Part shown: positions 31,782-40,722 of the stretch, one piece after another
Layout of the letters: the number at the start of each line of letters is the position of its first letter
Numbering within the stretch: position 1 is the stretch's first letter
Assembly: GCA_965116885.1 (NCBI GenBank)
Contig: OZ220741.1
Location: 5,312,001 to 5,376,000 of the forward strand
Direction of reading: 5' to 3'
DNA length: 64,000 nt
Source of the DNA: Candidatus Latescibacterota bacterium
GTDB taxonomy: Bacteria > Latescibacterota > UBA2968
The notes under the pieces: model-generated
What the model saw: only the letters and a program-made list of their open reading frames with translations
Databases searched by the model: none
Told to the model about the DNA's origin: nothing
Position numbers and translations under genes: made by a program

Positions 31782-32588
31782 TTATTGGGATGTAAGAGGA
31801 GTTGCTAGCGACAATTGCGGTTCCTTGGTTCTCCAATCCAAAATACGCTTTTGTGAAATCTCTATGTATTGCTCGTTTAATTCATAACCGATATACCGCC
31901 TGTTGTGTATTAGTGCCGCCAAACACTCTGTGCCGCTACCGGCGAAGGGTACGAGCACAACGTCATTTTCATTTGAAAAATGTTTAATGATACGTTCGGT
32001 AAGAGCAAGTGATTTCTGTGTTGGATGATCCACTTTCTCATCACGAAAACGCCTACCGGACAGAGTGGGAAATCGCCACACATCGCCCGCAAGCCTTCCT
32101 TCTGGATGCGGCTTCCACTGTTTGCCATTTTTGGTGATTTTATGCTTCAATCGCTCCTTGCTCTTATAGGGTTCTCTGATCGGATGGTAAGTATAATCAT
32201 CCCCTTTGGAGAACCAGAGAATCGGCTCATAATGAGCTGCCAAGTTCCTTTTGTTATATCCTGCAAACCCATTCTCATAATGCCAGATTATCTGCCTCCT
32301 ATATGTGAGGCCAATCTCATACATATAACACTGAAGCCAGCACAAATGATGATGTATTCCATAAACAAAAATATTTCCACCTGGAGCTAGAACCCTCTTT
32401 GCCTCACCAATCCATTTCTTACACCAGGGCAACCATTCATCTTTTCTTTCTGTTTCTTTCCAACTGCCAAAATCCTTCGCTAAATTATAAGGCGGATCGG
32501 CAACAACCAGATGGAAAAATTCATCAGGCAGTTGTCTCATCCCTTCAATGCAATCTTGATTGTAAATCACATCAACGGGTGTGTCCAT
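31782..32588 (-). CDS. Amino-DNA methyltransferase, beta order (likely m6A)
   Basis: DPPY precedes HPTQK and VLVPFAGSGT. Confidence 0.92.
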   Translation of the reverse strand: MDTPVDVIYNQDCIEGMRQLPDEFFHLVVADPPYNLAKDFGSWKETERKDEWLPWCKKWIGEAKRVLAPGGNIFVYGIHHHLCWLQCYMYEIGLTYRRQIIWHYENGFAGYNKRNLAAHYEPILWFSKGDDYTYHPIREPYKSKERLKHKITKNGKQWKPHPEGRLAGDVWRFPTLSGRRFRDEKVDHPTQKSLALTERIIKHFSNENDVVLVPFAGSGTECLAALIHNRRYIGYELNEQYIEISQKRILDWRTKEPQLSLATPLTSQ

Positions 32589-33441
32589 TACTATTTCCTT
32601 TTTTGTTTTGCAAAATAATTATAAACTGATGATGAATATTAGGGACATAGGCATAGGGATAACCATATGGAAAAATCCGCTTATGCCTTTGATACAATAC
32701 TTTGATACCTCTCAGTTCCAAACTGTATTTTGCGAGTGCTTCAGCAAGATGGGCGTGAAACATGACATAATTGGATTTATTTCTGAAATCGCTTACAACA
32801 ACAGCCATATATTTGTCCAATTTCAATACCCGACCACAAGCGCCTAAGATCAGGCTAAGTTCTTCCAAAAATTTAGTATAATCGGATATATTACCAAGGT
32901 CCAACTCGCTATTACTGTATCTGGTATCTAGGCCATTGCTTCTTCTCTCCTGTCTCACTTTGTGGTCTTCTTTATGTAAAATATTCCAATAAGGAGGACT
33001 GGTTACCACGAAGTCAATACTATCCTCCGGTAATGTCTTGATGAGGTCCCTTGCATCACCGGTGAGAACTTGCTGTTCTTCTTTACTAGAAAAAAGATCT
33101 TTTATTTCGTTATCAAGCCTTTGCTTGGCAAGTTCAGCGTATTTAGGATTTAACTCAAATCCGATCCCCTTTCGTCTTTCAAGGGCACAGGCTTTCAAGG
33201 TTGAGCCTACTCCAACGAATGGATCTAGAACAGTGTCATCAGGTTTTGTGAAGAATCGGACCAGTCGAGCAACATCAGTAAAAGAAAATGGAGCGGGATG
33301 TTGTTTCTCAATTTGTGCATCAGGATGTTTAGCACCTAAACCTTTTTGTGTCCAGACAGACACAGTTTCTGGAATCCACTCTTTAGATGTAAGAGCGTTG
33401 AGCTTGTTGCGCGGGTCAGGAGCATTCTGATTTTCGGTCAC
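32572..33441 (-). CDS. Amino-DNA methyltransferase (likely m4C)
   Basis: HPAPF, VLDPFVGVGS followed by TSPPY; GTG start after ggaggt. Confidence 0.9.
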   Translation of the reverse strand: MTENQNAPDPRNKLNALTSKEWIPETVSVWTQKGLGAKHPDAQIEKQHPAPFSFTDVARLVRFFTKPDDTVLDPFVGVGSTLKACALERRKGIGFELNPKYAELAKQRLDNEIKDLFSSKEEQQVLTGDARDLIKTLPEDSIDFVVTSPPYWNILHKEDHKVRQERRSNGLDTRYSNSELDLGNISDYTKFLEELSLILGACGRVLKLDKYMAVVVSDFRNKSNYVMFHAHLAEALAKYSLELRGIKVLYQRHKRIFPYGYPYAYVPNIHHQFIIILQNKKGNSNGHTR

Positions 33442-34342
33442 TTTCCTCTACCTCCTTCAATAGCTTTTCTACAATCTTGCTCATTTGTTCTTCTTGCTTA
33501 TTTCTCCGAAGTTTATATATCCAATTAAATATCAGGGGGTCATTGCTACGCTTTTCGTAGATTTCATTTTGCAGATTTCGAGATTCAATTTCGAGCTGTG
33601 CATCCGATATTCTGCCATCAAGAGTATCGTCCCATAATTTGTCCACATATTCTTTTAAATCCTGTTGTCTTGATATAGAAGCATTGTGCGCCTTATATTG
33701 GTGTATTACCCAAAATATTGCCGGCATCAGAGGCAGTACGATTGCCATTAGCAATTTTTCTACAGTAAAACCTTCCCAGAGACCTAAAAGGAAGACAACT
33801 ACTATAAGACACCCAACAGCGACTGCAATGACTAGGGTATAAAACTTGCGTAATTCTGCATCCCACTGTAGATTTGCTCTCTGGCAAACGAAACGAGCTA
33901 AAGGCATTTGTAATTTCTGAACACCAACAGGATACCAATCTTTAAGTTTAATTTTTTTAGAATTTTTCCTATAATGTTTTGACGAATACTTAACGATTGT
34001 ATCTCGATCAGGATTTGGACCAACTTTCAAATCATACCATGGAAGTTCGAGAACCTTACAGTCGAATAGTTCCTTCATCTTTGCGCCTTTTTTTCGGAAC
34101 GAATCTATCCAAGATGTAAAGCCAAGACTATTAAAAAATGCTATGACAACACCATAATAAGCAGCATAAATTTTTAGGTCAAAATCCCACCAAGCAATCA
34201 GTATCAACCAAAAGGCAACAACGGGAATAGTAAGAATTATCCGCACAATTTCTAATATTTTGGCTTCTGAGTAAATCTGATGTTGGGCTGCCAGCATGTC
34301 GAGTTGTTGTTCATCATTTTGGATTTTGGGTATCTCGTTCAT
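33416..34342 (-). CDS. S-4TM (SMODS-associated 4-TM) pore-forming CBASS effector
   Basis: IQN..QLDMLAAQHQIYSEAK, two TM pairs, ELFD..VLELPW, LKDWY, CQRANLQWD..LR, IYKLRR. Confidence 0.88.
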   Translation of the reverse strand: MNEIPKIQNDEQQLDMLAAQHQIYSEAKILEIVRIILTIPVVAFWLILIAWWDFDLKIYAAYYGVVIAFFNSLGFTSWIDSFRKKGAKMKELFDCKVLELPWYDLKVGPNPDRDTIVKYSSKHYRKNSKKIKLKDWYPVGVQKLQMPLARFVCQRANLQWDAELRKFYTLVIAVAVGCLIVVVFLLGLWEGFTVEKLLMAIVLPLMPAIFWVIHQYKAHNASISRQQDLKEYVDKLWDDTLDGRISDAQLEIESRNLQNEIYEKRSNDPLIFNWIYKLRRNKQEEQMSKIVEKLLKEVEESDRKSECS

Positions 34343-34398
34343 CTGATTATCCCATTTATCCGGAAATTTGGTATGGGACTTCCCTCGCCGAGAATTGT

Positions 34399-35406
34399 TT
34401 ACCTGTAAAGTAGTATATCAAACTGTGGAAACGCTGAACCAAATATATTCCTGTATTGTGCAATAGCTTGTTTGTGGTCATTTCGAAAAGCGGAAATGTA
34501 CGCATGACAAGCATCACCTTGATGCTCTCTTAGCCTTTCTATCGTCCTTTGTCGTACATCGTCGCTGAGATATTCATCAATCGGTGGTCCCAGTCCCTTT
34601 GGGTCTGGACAAGAACGATTCATAAAGTCCGGCGCGCTCGTAAAGACTCTAAAAATACCCTCTGCATAATCTTGAATAGGATTGGTACCGAGCAATGCGA
34701 GGCACATTACCTCAACGTGGTACGAACTTAAACGGTTCCTGTTTCTGCATTTGTTCCAGTATTTGATAAACATAATAATGTGAGAAGCCATCCCATTGTG
34801 AATTTTATTCGCAGCATGGACACGCGCTTTATCCAGATCAGGATTCGTGATTTTCCAGTCTCGGATATTGTGACCCATTGGAATACAATACCGAGGGGCA
34901 TCTATAAGAATCGGCTGAATGTAGAATGCTGGCACAATATCGATGGTGAACCCCAGCGAGGATAAATGGACCGTGATAGCCTGCCCATCTCTCCCGATTT
35001 TGGAATCAGGGTACGTAAGTTTGAGCGTATCTCTAAATTTGTTCAGCACCTTCACCGAATTGAGCATGCCATCCCAATCTAAGAGGTCGTAAAGCGGATT
35101 TGGTAACTTACCTGAACTCTCGATAATGGAAGGCACAATCTGTCCATTTTCAATATAGGAGAGACCACTGCCATCCATCACCGTAAAAACATCAATATCA
35201 TCTAAGGGGCTTATCTTTGTCCAGCGCACGGCTGAGCCAATTAAAAAGTCGCGTTGGATGCGCGGAAAAGATGGATCCCGGACATTGCGGTTGGCGAGTA
35301 CCTGGCGGATATAGTTATGAGAATCAGAGGCTTTTTGCCGTTCAAATTTGCTCGGGCTGATATTGCCGCAAAATTGCCGGAAAGCGGCATCGGTAGTGCT
35401 AGGCAT
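34399..35406 (-). CDS. cGAS/DncV-like nucleotidyltransferase (CD-NTase, SMODS family)
   Basis: FLIGS-x-RxT, DDIDVF, IDIVPA, WKITNP, IKYWN, SSYHVEV, CPDP. Confidence 0.9.
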   Translation of the reverse strand: MPSTTDAAFRQFCGNISPSKFERQKASDSHNYIRQVLANRNVRDPSFPRIQRDFLIGSAVRWTKISPLDDIDVFTVMDGSGLSYIENGQIVPSIIESSGKLPNPLYDLLDWDGMLNSVKVLNKFRDTLKLTYPDSKIGRDGQAITVHLSSLGFTIDIVPAFYIQPILIDAPRYCIPMGHNIRDWKITNPDLDKARVHAANKIHNGMASHIIMFIKYWNKCRNRNRLSSYHVEVMCLALLGTNPIQDYAEGIFRVFTSAPDFMNRSCPDPKGLGPPIDEYLSDDVRQRTIERLREHQGDACHAYISAFRNDHKQAIAQYRNIFGSAFPQFDILLYR

Positions 35407-35500
35407 AGTTATACTCCTATAAGGTGGGGAGAGGTACTAATGAGTAAAGATAAGGGGAGAGAATAACTACAACCTATAGTGTAGGGAAGTAGATAGACAC

Positions 35501-35529
35501 AATTTATGGGATTGCACAGCAGTTGTCAA
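35501..35529 (-). promoter_or_regulatory. Sigma70-type promoter of the CBASS-MTase operon
   Basis: TTGACA-17 nt-TAAATT. Confidence 0.6.
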
Positions 35530-35596
35530 CCAATAAAAACTGAACAAATGGATAGGAGTTGTATCTAAGTATTTGTATATATTATCGTGTTGATAT

Positions 35597-36643
35597 TCAC
35601 TTCACTTTTTCAACAAACGGCCACATAAGATCGCTGTAGAAGCGGTGACCCGCGGCGCCGTAGTGGTGTTCTACGTGGTCGGGCACACCGGCGATCTCGT
35701 AGAGACGCGCGATGCCTTTGACTGCGCGATCGACTTCGGGCACAGGGAATAGCGTATCCTGTTTCCCATTCACAATACAGAGATGGCGCGGGGCAATAAG
35801 ACCTGTAACATCCCAAATTTCGCCAAAGCGCAAAATGCCGGGCACGCCATTGCAATCGCAATGGTGAATCAAACCACTGGTGCCCACAAGCGTACAAAAA
35901 GAACAACTTGGCACAGCAATAGTAATACGGGGATCAACCGCGGCGGCATAGCAGGTAATCACCCCACCGCCCGAATTGCCCATAACCAGAATCGTAGAGG
36001 TATCGATTTCGGGAATATCCTGTGCCCAATCAATAAGACGCATCACATCCCACACGCGCTCACCCGTTGCCGTGCGCCCGGCGAGCAAAGCATGCATGAA
36101 CTGGCTGCGGCAATCGCGGGCACCGTGGCGCTTGTTAATATCGGGAATAGCCGTAGTACTCGTACCGCGGGCAGCGGGCGCAATGGCGGCAAACCCGCGC
36201 CTGACCGCCTGAACAGCAACATCGCGGTCCTCCGTCTCGATCTTTTTTTGGTGATCGTCATCGCGCGCTTTCCCGATATACGTATCCATGCCGTATTTGT
36301 CGTGCCCGTGTGGCAAAACAGCGAGTGGAAAAGGCCCATCGCCCCTGGGTTTGAGATACCAGAACGGCAAGCCAAAACGCGGCTCGGTAGTAATCACACC
36401 GGGTTGCAACGTATAATCGCCCATATCTTGCGCTGCACCGAGTTGCACCTGAATCGTGTGATCGCCCAGAGACGCACCAATACTTTCGAGCCCCAGCATA
36501 TGCTGAAGCACCGGGCGCGCCTCCTCTTGCCATAGCAGAAAAGATTCGCGATCAGTCGCTCGACACGCGACATAGCGCAGTTCATCGGCATAAAGAGCGT
36601 CGAGATAGGTGCGGACAGCACCGCTGTGTTCAGGATGTTCCAT
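35597..36643 (-). CDS. Alpha/beta hydrolase (dienelactone hydrolase/Abhydrolase_7-like)
   Basis: PHGH, GNSGGG nucleophile, IAPR, GHRFY. Confidence 0.85.
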   Translation of the reverse strand: MEHPEHSGAVRTYLDALYADELRYVACRATDRESFLLWQEEARPVLQHMLGLESIGASLGDHTIQVQLGAAQDMGDYTLQPGVITTEPRFGLPFWYLKPRGDGPFPLAVLPHGHDKYGMDTYIGKARDDDHQKKIETEDRDVAVQAVRRGFAAIAPAARGTSTTAIPDINKRHGARDCRSQFMHALLAGRTATGERVWDVMRLIDWAQDIPEIDTSTILVMGNSGGGVITCYAAAVDPRITIAVPSCSFCTLVGTSGLIHHCDCNGVPGILRFGEIWDVTGLIAPRHLCIVNGKQDTLFPVPEVDRAVKGIARLYEIAGVPDHVEHHYGAAGHRFYSDLMWPFVEKVK

Positions 36644-36668
36644 ATTGAATAACCTTTCGAGGAAAAAA

Positions 36669-37433
36669 ATGGCAGACACACTGCGAGAAGTACTGGATTT
36701 TGCAACAGATGCCGCCTGGCAAGCCGGACGGATCACGCTACAGTATTTTCAGACCGGCGTCGAAGTAGAGGAAAAGGCGGATGAATCACCTGTAACAGCC
36801 GCAGACAAAGGAGCCGAAACAAAATTGCGGGAATTGATAGAAGCGCGTTTTCCCAATGACGGCATTGTGGGAGAAGAGCACGGAGACAAAAAAGGAACAA
36901 CCGAACGACGATGGATTTTAGACCCCATTGACGGCACAAAATCATTCGTACAAGGCGTGCCCCTCTACGGAGTAATGGTCGGCGTGGAGGTCGAGGACAA
37001 ACCCGCCGTTGGCGTCGTCCATTTTCCAGCGCTAAATGAAATGATTTGCGCCGCTCAGGGACTGGGATGCACCTGGAATGGTCGCCCCACGCGGGTATCT
37101 GACATATCGGACATTCAGGACGCGACCGTGATCTTGACCGATTTTGTGAATGGGCATGGGCGAGGTGAAGCCATGGACCGGATCTGCTCACGCGCCAAAC
37201 TCGTGCGCGGCTGGGGCGATTGTTATGGCCATATGCTCGTCGCAACCGGGCGTGCAGAAATCATGCTCGACCCCATTATGAGCGTATGGGATTGTGCCGC
37301 ACTCGCGCCCATCCTGAAAGAAGCGGGCGGCACATTCACGACGTGGAGCGGCGAGGCAACGATTTGGGGCAACGAAGCCGTAAGTACAAACGGAGCGTTA
37401 TTTGAAGATGTGATGCAATTGATTAAAGAATAA
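36669..37433 (+). CDS. hisN: Histidinol-phosphate phosphatase, inositol monophosphatase family
   Basis: SPVTAAD, GEE, WILDPIDGTKSF, GWGDCYG, WDCAA. Confidence 0.8.
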   Translation: MADTLREVLDFATDAAWQAGRITLQYFQTGVEVEEKADESPVTAADKGAETKLRELIEARFPNDGIVGEEHGDKKGTTERRWILDPIDGTKSFVQGVPLYGVMVGVEVEDKPAVGVVHFPALNEMICAAQGLGCTWNGRPTRVSDISDIQDATVILTDFVNGHGRGEAMDRICSRAKLVRGWGDCYGHMLVATGRAEIMLDPIMSVWDCAALAPILKEAGGTFTTWSGEATIWGNEAVSTNGALFEDVMQLIKE

Positions 37434-37434
37434 T

Positions 37435-38634
37435 TTATCCCGCAAATATCGAGCGATTTGATATGCCACAGATGCAATCTTCGCGCATGAATCCCGGCAC
37501 AAATTGGGCGGTTCGACCAGAAGGCGCCACGCCTGTATAGTAGCCCGAGAATTGTTCATTGAAAGTAGTCAAACGGTCGCGCGAAGCCTCACTGCTCTCC
37601 GCAGCCACAATGTACGCATTGTTAAAAACCCCATTTTCTTTCAACCCTGCGCCGCCTGCTGCCACGATATGCCCGTCAATCGCATTGAGAATAGCATCTG
37701 CATCATCGCCGCCAACACCGCTCACGAGCACCTCGGATATCCCCTGCCGCCGGATGGCCGTCCATGTACTGAAACCATCGACAATTTCCCCCGAGCGATC
37801 AATGGCGACATCGCCGGTAACGCAGCGCGGTTGCGGTTCAACGATACCATCGAGATTGGGAATGCGCGAGACCGGATAAATTCTACCCGCGGGGCGGTGG
37901 TCGCCAAAATAATCGGCAATCACTTGGCGCACGGTTTCAATGCGCGTCCAGGTTGCCGAAGGATTGTCGTCAATCGCGACGAGAACCTCGAGATGCGCGG
38001 TTTGCGTTTTGAAATCCACATTGTCAGCCGCGAGCTTTTTTTCGTACTGTTCTACGAGCACAAATTCCATCTCTTGTTTGAGATCGTCGCCGAGTGTCGT
38101 AACCGTATTGCCCCCAGAATCGGTATGCATCACCGACGCACCACTGGGCTGATGATCGGCCCACGCACCGTACTCGATCTTCCCATCGCCAAAGGAAATA
38201 TCCTCCCCCTTAACCGCTTTGATTTCCACCTCAAAAAGTGCTACTGGATCTGGAAACCCTTCTCCATGGGTAAAACGCGCCATGCGATTGGATTTGAGTT
38301 CACAACCCGTCACAGCATCAATCATAGGGCCATATACAGCATTAAACGCATCTCGATATGCCTCACAGTCGTCACGGCTATCAGATGGCGTCGTCCACAG
38401 GACATCGGTTTTGTACACATCGCCCCAGTTCGCGCCCCCGCGCGCAAGGCCCAGACTCAGGTTCTCAATGGTGCCAAACCACTCTGACCCGAGTTCATTG
38501 GGATACTGCGTACCCACATTGCCGCTGGGTTCAACAAGGCGCACGACCTGATCGTCGTCATAAGTCATAACAACTTCGGCTGTGCTACAAAAAATGGGAA
38601 TGGGTTTGTGACGGATAATATTGACGCTTGCCAT
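37435..38634 (-). CDS. Protein with three tandem Rid/YjgF-like domains
   Basis: Three repeats ending ARF...LFEVEIKAV, PAGR...GIVEPQ, SGRTA...ICGISN. Confidence 0.55.
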   Translation of the reverse strand: MASVNIIRHKPIPIFCSTAEVVMTYDDDQVVRLVEPSGNVGTQYPNELGSEWFGTIENLSLGLARGGANWGDVYKTDVLWTTPSDSRDDCEAYRDAFNAVYGPMIDAVTGCELKSNRMARFTHGEGFPDPVALFEVEIKAVKGEDISFGDGKIEYGAWADHQPSGASVMHTDSGGNTVTTLGDDLKQEMEFVLVEQYEKKLAADNVDFKTQTAHLEVLVAIDDNPSATWTRIETVRQVIADYFGDHRPAGRIYPVSRIPNLDGIVEPQPRCVTGDVAIDRSGEIVDGFSTWTAIRRQGISEVLVSGVGGDDADAILNAIDGHIVAAGGAGLKENGVFNNAYIVAAESSEASRDRLTTFNEQFSGYYTGVAPSGRTAQFVPGFMREDCICGISNRSIFAG

Positions 38635-38681
38635 AGTGAAAAATCCTTTGTGTTGGAGTTACCAGAAATTCGGTTTTCTAC

Positions 38682-38710
38682 AAGATAGAGCTTGAAATAC
38701 ACAATGTCAA
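38682..38710 (-). promoter_or_regulatory. Sigma70-type promoter of the Rid-like gene
   Basis: TTGACA-17 nt-TATCTT. Confidence 0.6.
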
Positions 38711-38723
38711 TGCACGCGGAAGA

Positions 38724-39476
38724 TCAGCCACCTTTGGATTGAAAAAACGCCCGCGCTTCGGCCAGAGACTCGCGGTTGCCAATATCGAGAACACCGCCAT
38801 CAATATTGTAAGCATAAACGGTTTCGCATGTATGCAACCATTCTAAAAAATGCCCAGGCGCGTCGGAATTGCCCCCATTGGCGATATATTCTTCAAAACG
38901 GGGCAGTATCGACGCCGGATAAATATAAACCGGCAAAGCCGACCACTCGGAAATGGGTTTATCGGGTTTCTCAATAAATTGCAAAACGCGATTATCTTTG
39001 TCTAACCGGACATTGCCCCTGCGCTTGCGATCATCGTAGTCGGAATTGTAGCGCACGGCAATATGAGAGACGGGATTGGATTTGAATATATTGACCAATG
39101 TTTGGAGAGAAAACAGCAGAATATTATCCGCGGCGAGAACGAGAACATCATCGGCAATATCGCGCGCATCAATAGCAAACTGGATATCGCCCACAGCACC
39201 CAAACGATCATCGTTGGAAGTTGTGCCATCGTTGAGAACCTCTATCTCCCCTCCCGTATGCACCGCTCTATTTGTACGCGCCCAATCGGCAAAGTGCCCG
39301 TAAAACCGGTGATTGGTCACCACATAAACGCCATCGATATCTGCAATAGCTTTAATCTGTTCAATCAGGTGATCGAGAATAGTCTTCCCACCTACTTCCA
39401 GCAAGGGCTTGGGAAAATTTTTTGTAAGAGGATACAGCCGCGTGGCGTATCCCGCCGCGAGAATAATAGCTTTCAC
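38724..39476 (-). CDS. Sugar-1-phosphate nucleotidyltransferase family protein
   Basis: ILAAGYATRLYPLT..PKPLL, RLGAVGD, FIEKP, DIG. Confidence 0.9.
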   Translation of the reverse strand: MKAIILAAGYATRLYPLTKNFPKPLLEVGGKTILDHLIEQIKAIADIDGVYVVTNHRFYGHFADWARTNRAVHTGGEIEVLNDGTTSNDDRLGAVGDIQFAIDARDIADDVLVLAADNILLFSLQTLVNIFKSNPVSHIAVRYNSDYDDRKRRGNVRLDKDNRVLQFIEKPDKPISEWSALPVYIYPASILPRFEEYIANGGNSDAPGHFLEWLHTCETVYAYNIDGGVLDIGNRESLAEARAFFQSKGG

Positions 39477-40654
39477 AGAATCCTAACTCCATCGTCGGGT
39501 TGACAAATAAAAACAGGGGCATTCTTTGATAAATCGGGATGTTTGGCTCCATAAGCCGATTGAACCTGTTCAATCGCTACACTGGATTTTTGGGGATTAA
39601 CCAGTGCAACACAACAGCCCCGGAAACCGGCGCCGCTAAACCTGGCACCGTAAATCCCATCGGTTTCAATGAGAATATGGTAGAGATCAATGAGAGGTTT
39701 ACTACCGCATTCGTAATTCTCAATAGAACTGCGCCCCGACTCAGCGATCAGCCTGCCAAAAGTCTCGAGATCGCCAGTGCGCCAGGCATCAATACCCAGA
39801 CGCACGCGCTCAGATTCCGTAAAAAAATGTCTGGCGCGTTTGGCAAGAGCACCGCTTAACAGGTTTTTATGCATTTCGTATTCTTCAAAAGTAATATTGC
39901 CGAGCAATGGTTCTCGATCAGAACGCCCCACAGCATTGAGCAATATTCGCGCTGCACGGGCGCATTCATCTACCCGTGTGTTATACCCCGTCGAAACCAG
40001 AGCCTCGCGCAAGCCCGATTGGGCAATCAGAATATCAAAGTCTGGCATAGTATTGGACCGGGGGATCAATTCGTGTGTAGCCGAAGCGCAATCAATCACT
40101 GTGAGAGAGTCCTTCTGCGACAACAAGATCGCCGATTGATCCAGAATACCATTTTTGAGACCGAGGTAGCCATTTTCAATCGCCTGATCGAGCCGAATAT
40201 TATCTGCGGGCAATAGGGACAAATCATTGGCCTCTTCGTAAGCGAGCAAATAAGCCACGCCAATAGCGGCCGATGAACTCAAACCCCCTTCGTTCATTCT
40301 GCCCGCCGTAAGCCCCGTAATCCCGCGCGTGAGCTTATGACCCTCTTGCTGCAATGCGCGCACGGCACCACGCGGGAAATTGCCCCAATCCCCATCTATT
40401 TTGTCGGGCACATCGCTCAGTGCAAACGAGACCTCACCCTCAAAAGTAAGACTCTGAAGATGCGTATTGGCATCGCCCGATGGCGCAAAAGCGAGGTACA
40501 CAGCCTGATCAATAGCCATAGCCGTAACCTGTCCGAACTGGTGATCAATATGCGCGCCGAGCGGACATATCCGATAGGGCGATCGCACAACGCGCACATC
40601 GGCAGGCGCAACACCAAACCGGCGCTTCATTTCTGTTTTGAGTTGATCTATCAT
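39473..40654 (-). CDS. GHMP sugar kinase, galacturonokinase/galactokinase-like
   Basis: SPYRICPLGAHIDHQ, GLSSSAA, GILDQ, GARFSGAGFRGC. Confidence 0.85.
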   Translation of the reverse strand: MIDQLKTEMKRRFGVAPADVRVVRSPYRICPLGAHIDHQFGQVTAMAIDQAVYLAFAPSGDANTHLQSLTFEGEVSFALSDVPDKIDGDWGNFPRGAVRALQQEGHKLTRGITGLTAGRMNEGGLSSSAAIGVAYLLAYEEANDLSLLPADNIRLDQAIENGYLGLKNGILDQSAILLSQKDSLTVIDCASATHELIPRSNTMPDFDILIAQSGLREALVSTGYNTRVDECARAARILLNAVGRSDREPLLGNITFEEYEMHKNLLSGALAKRARHFFTESERVRLGIDAWRTGDLETFGRLIAESGRSSIENYECGSKPLIDLYHILIETDGIYGARFSGAGFRGCCVALVNPQKSSVAIEQVQSAYGAKHPDLSKNAPVFICQPDDGVRIL

Positions 40655-40722
40655 GAGTAGTCGGTTGTCTATGGTCAGCAGTCGGCGATCAACAACATTA
40701 CAAAAAAAGGAGAACAACCGCA

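Larger units (their letters stand above)
27403..35596. other. AT-rich defence island (ATPase-PIN, R-M, CBASS)
   Basis: Visibly lower GC and different codon usage than the flanks; eight contiguous genes, all defence-type or defence-associated; no integrase seen. Confidence 0.85.

Noticed and set aside
27403..35596. Prophage, IS or integrative element carrying the island
   Set aside because: No integrase, transposase, tRNA anchor or terminal repeats found by eye
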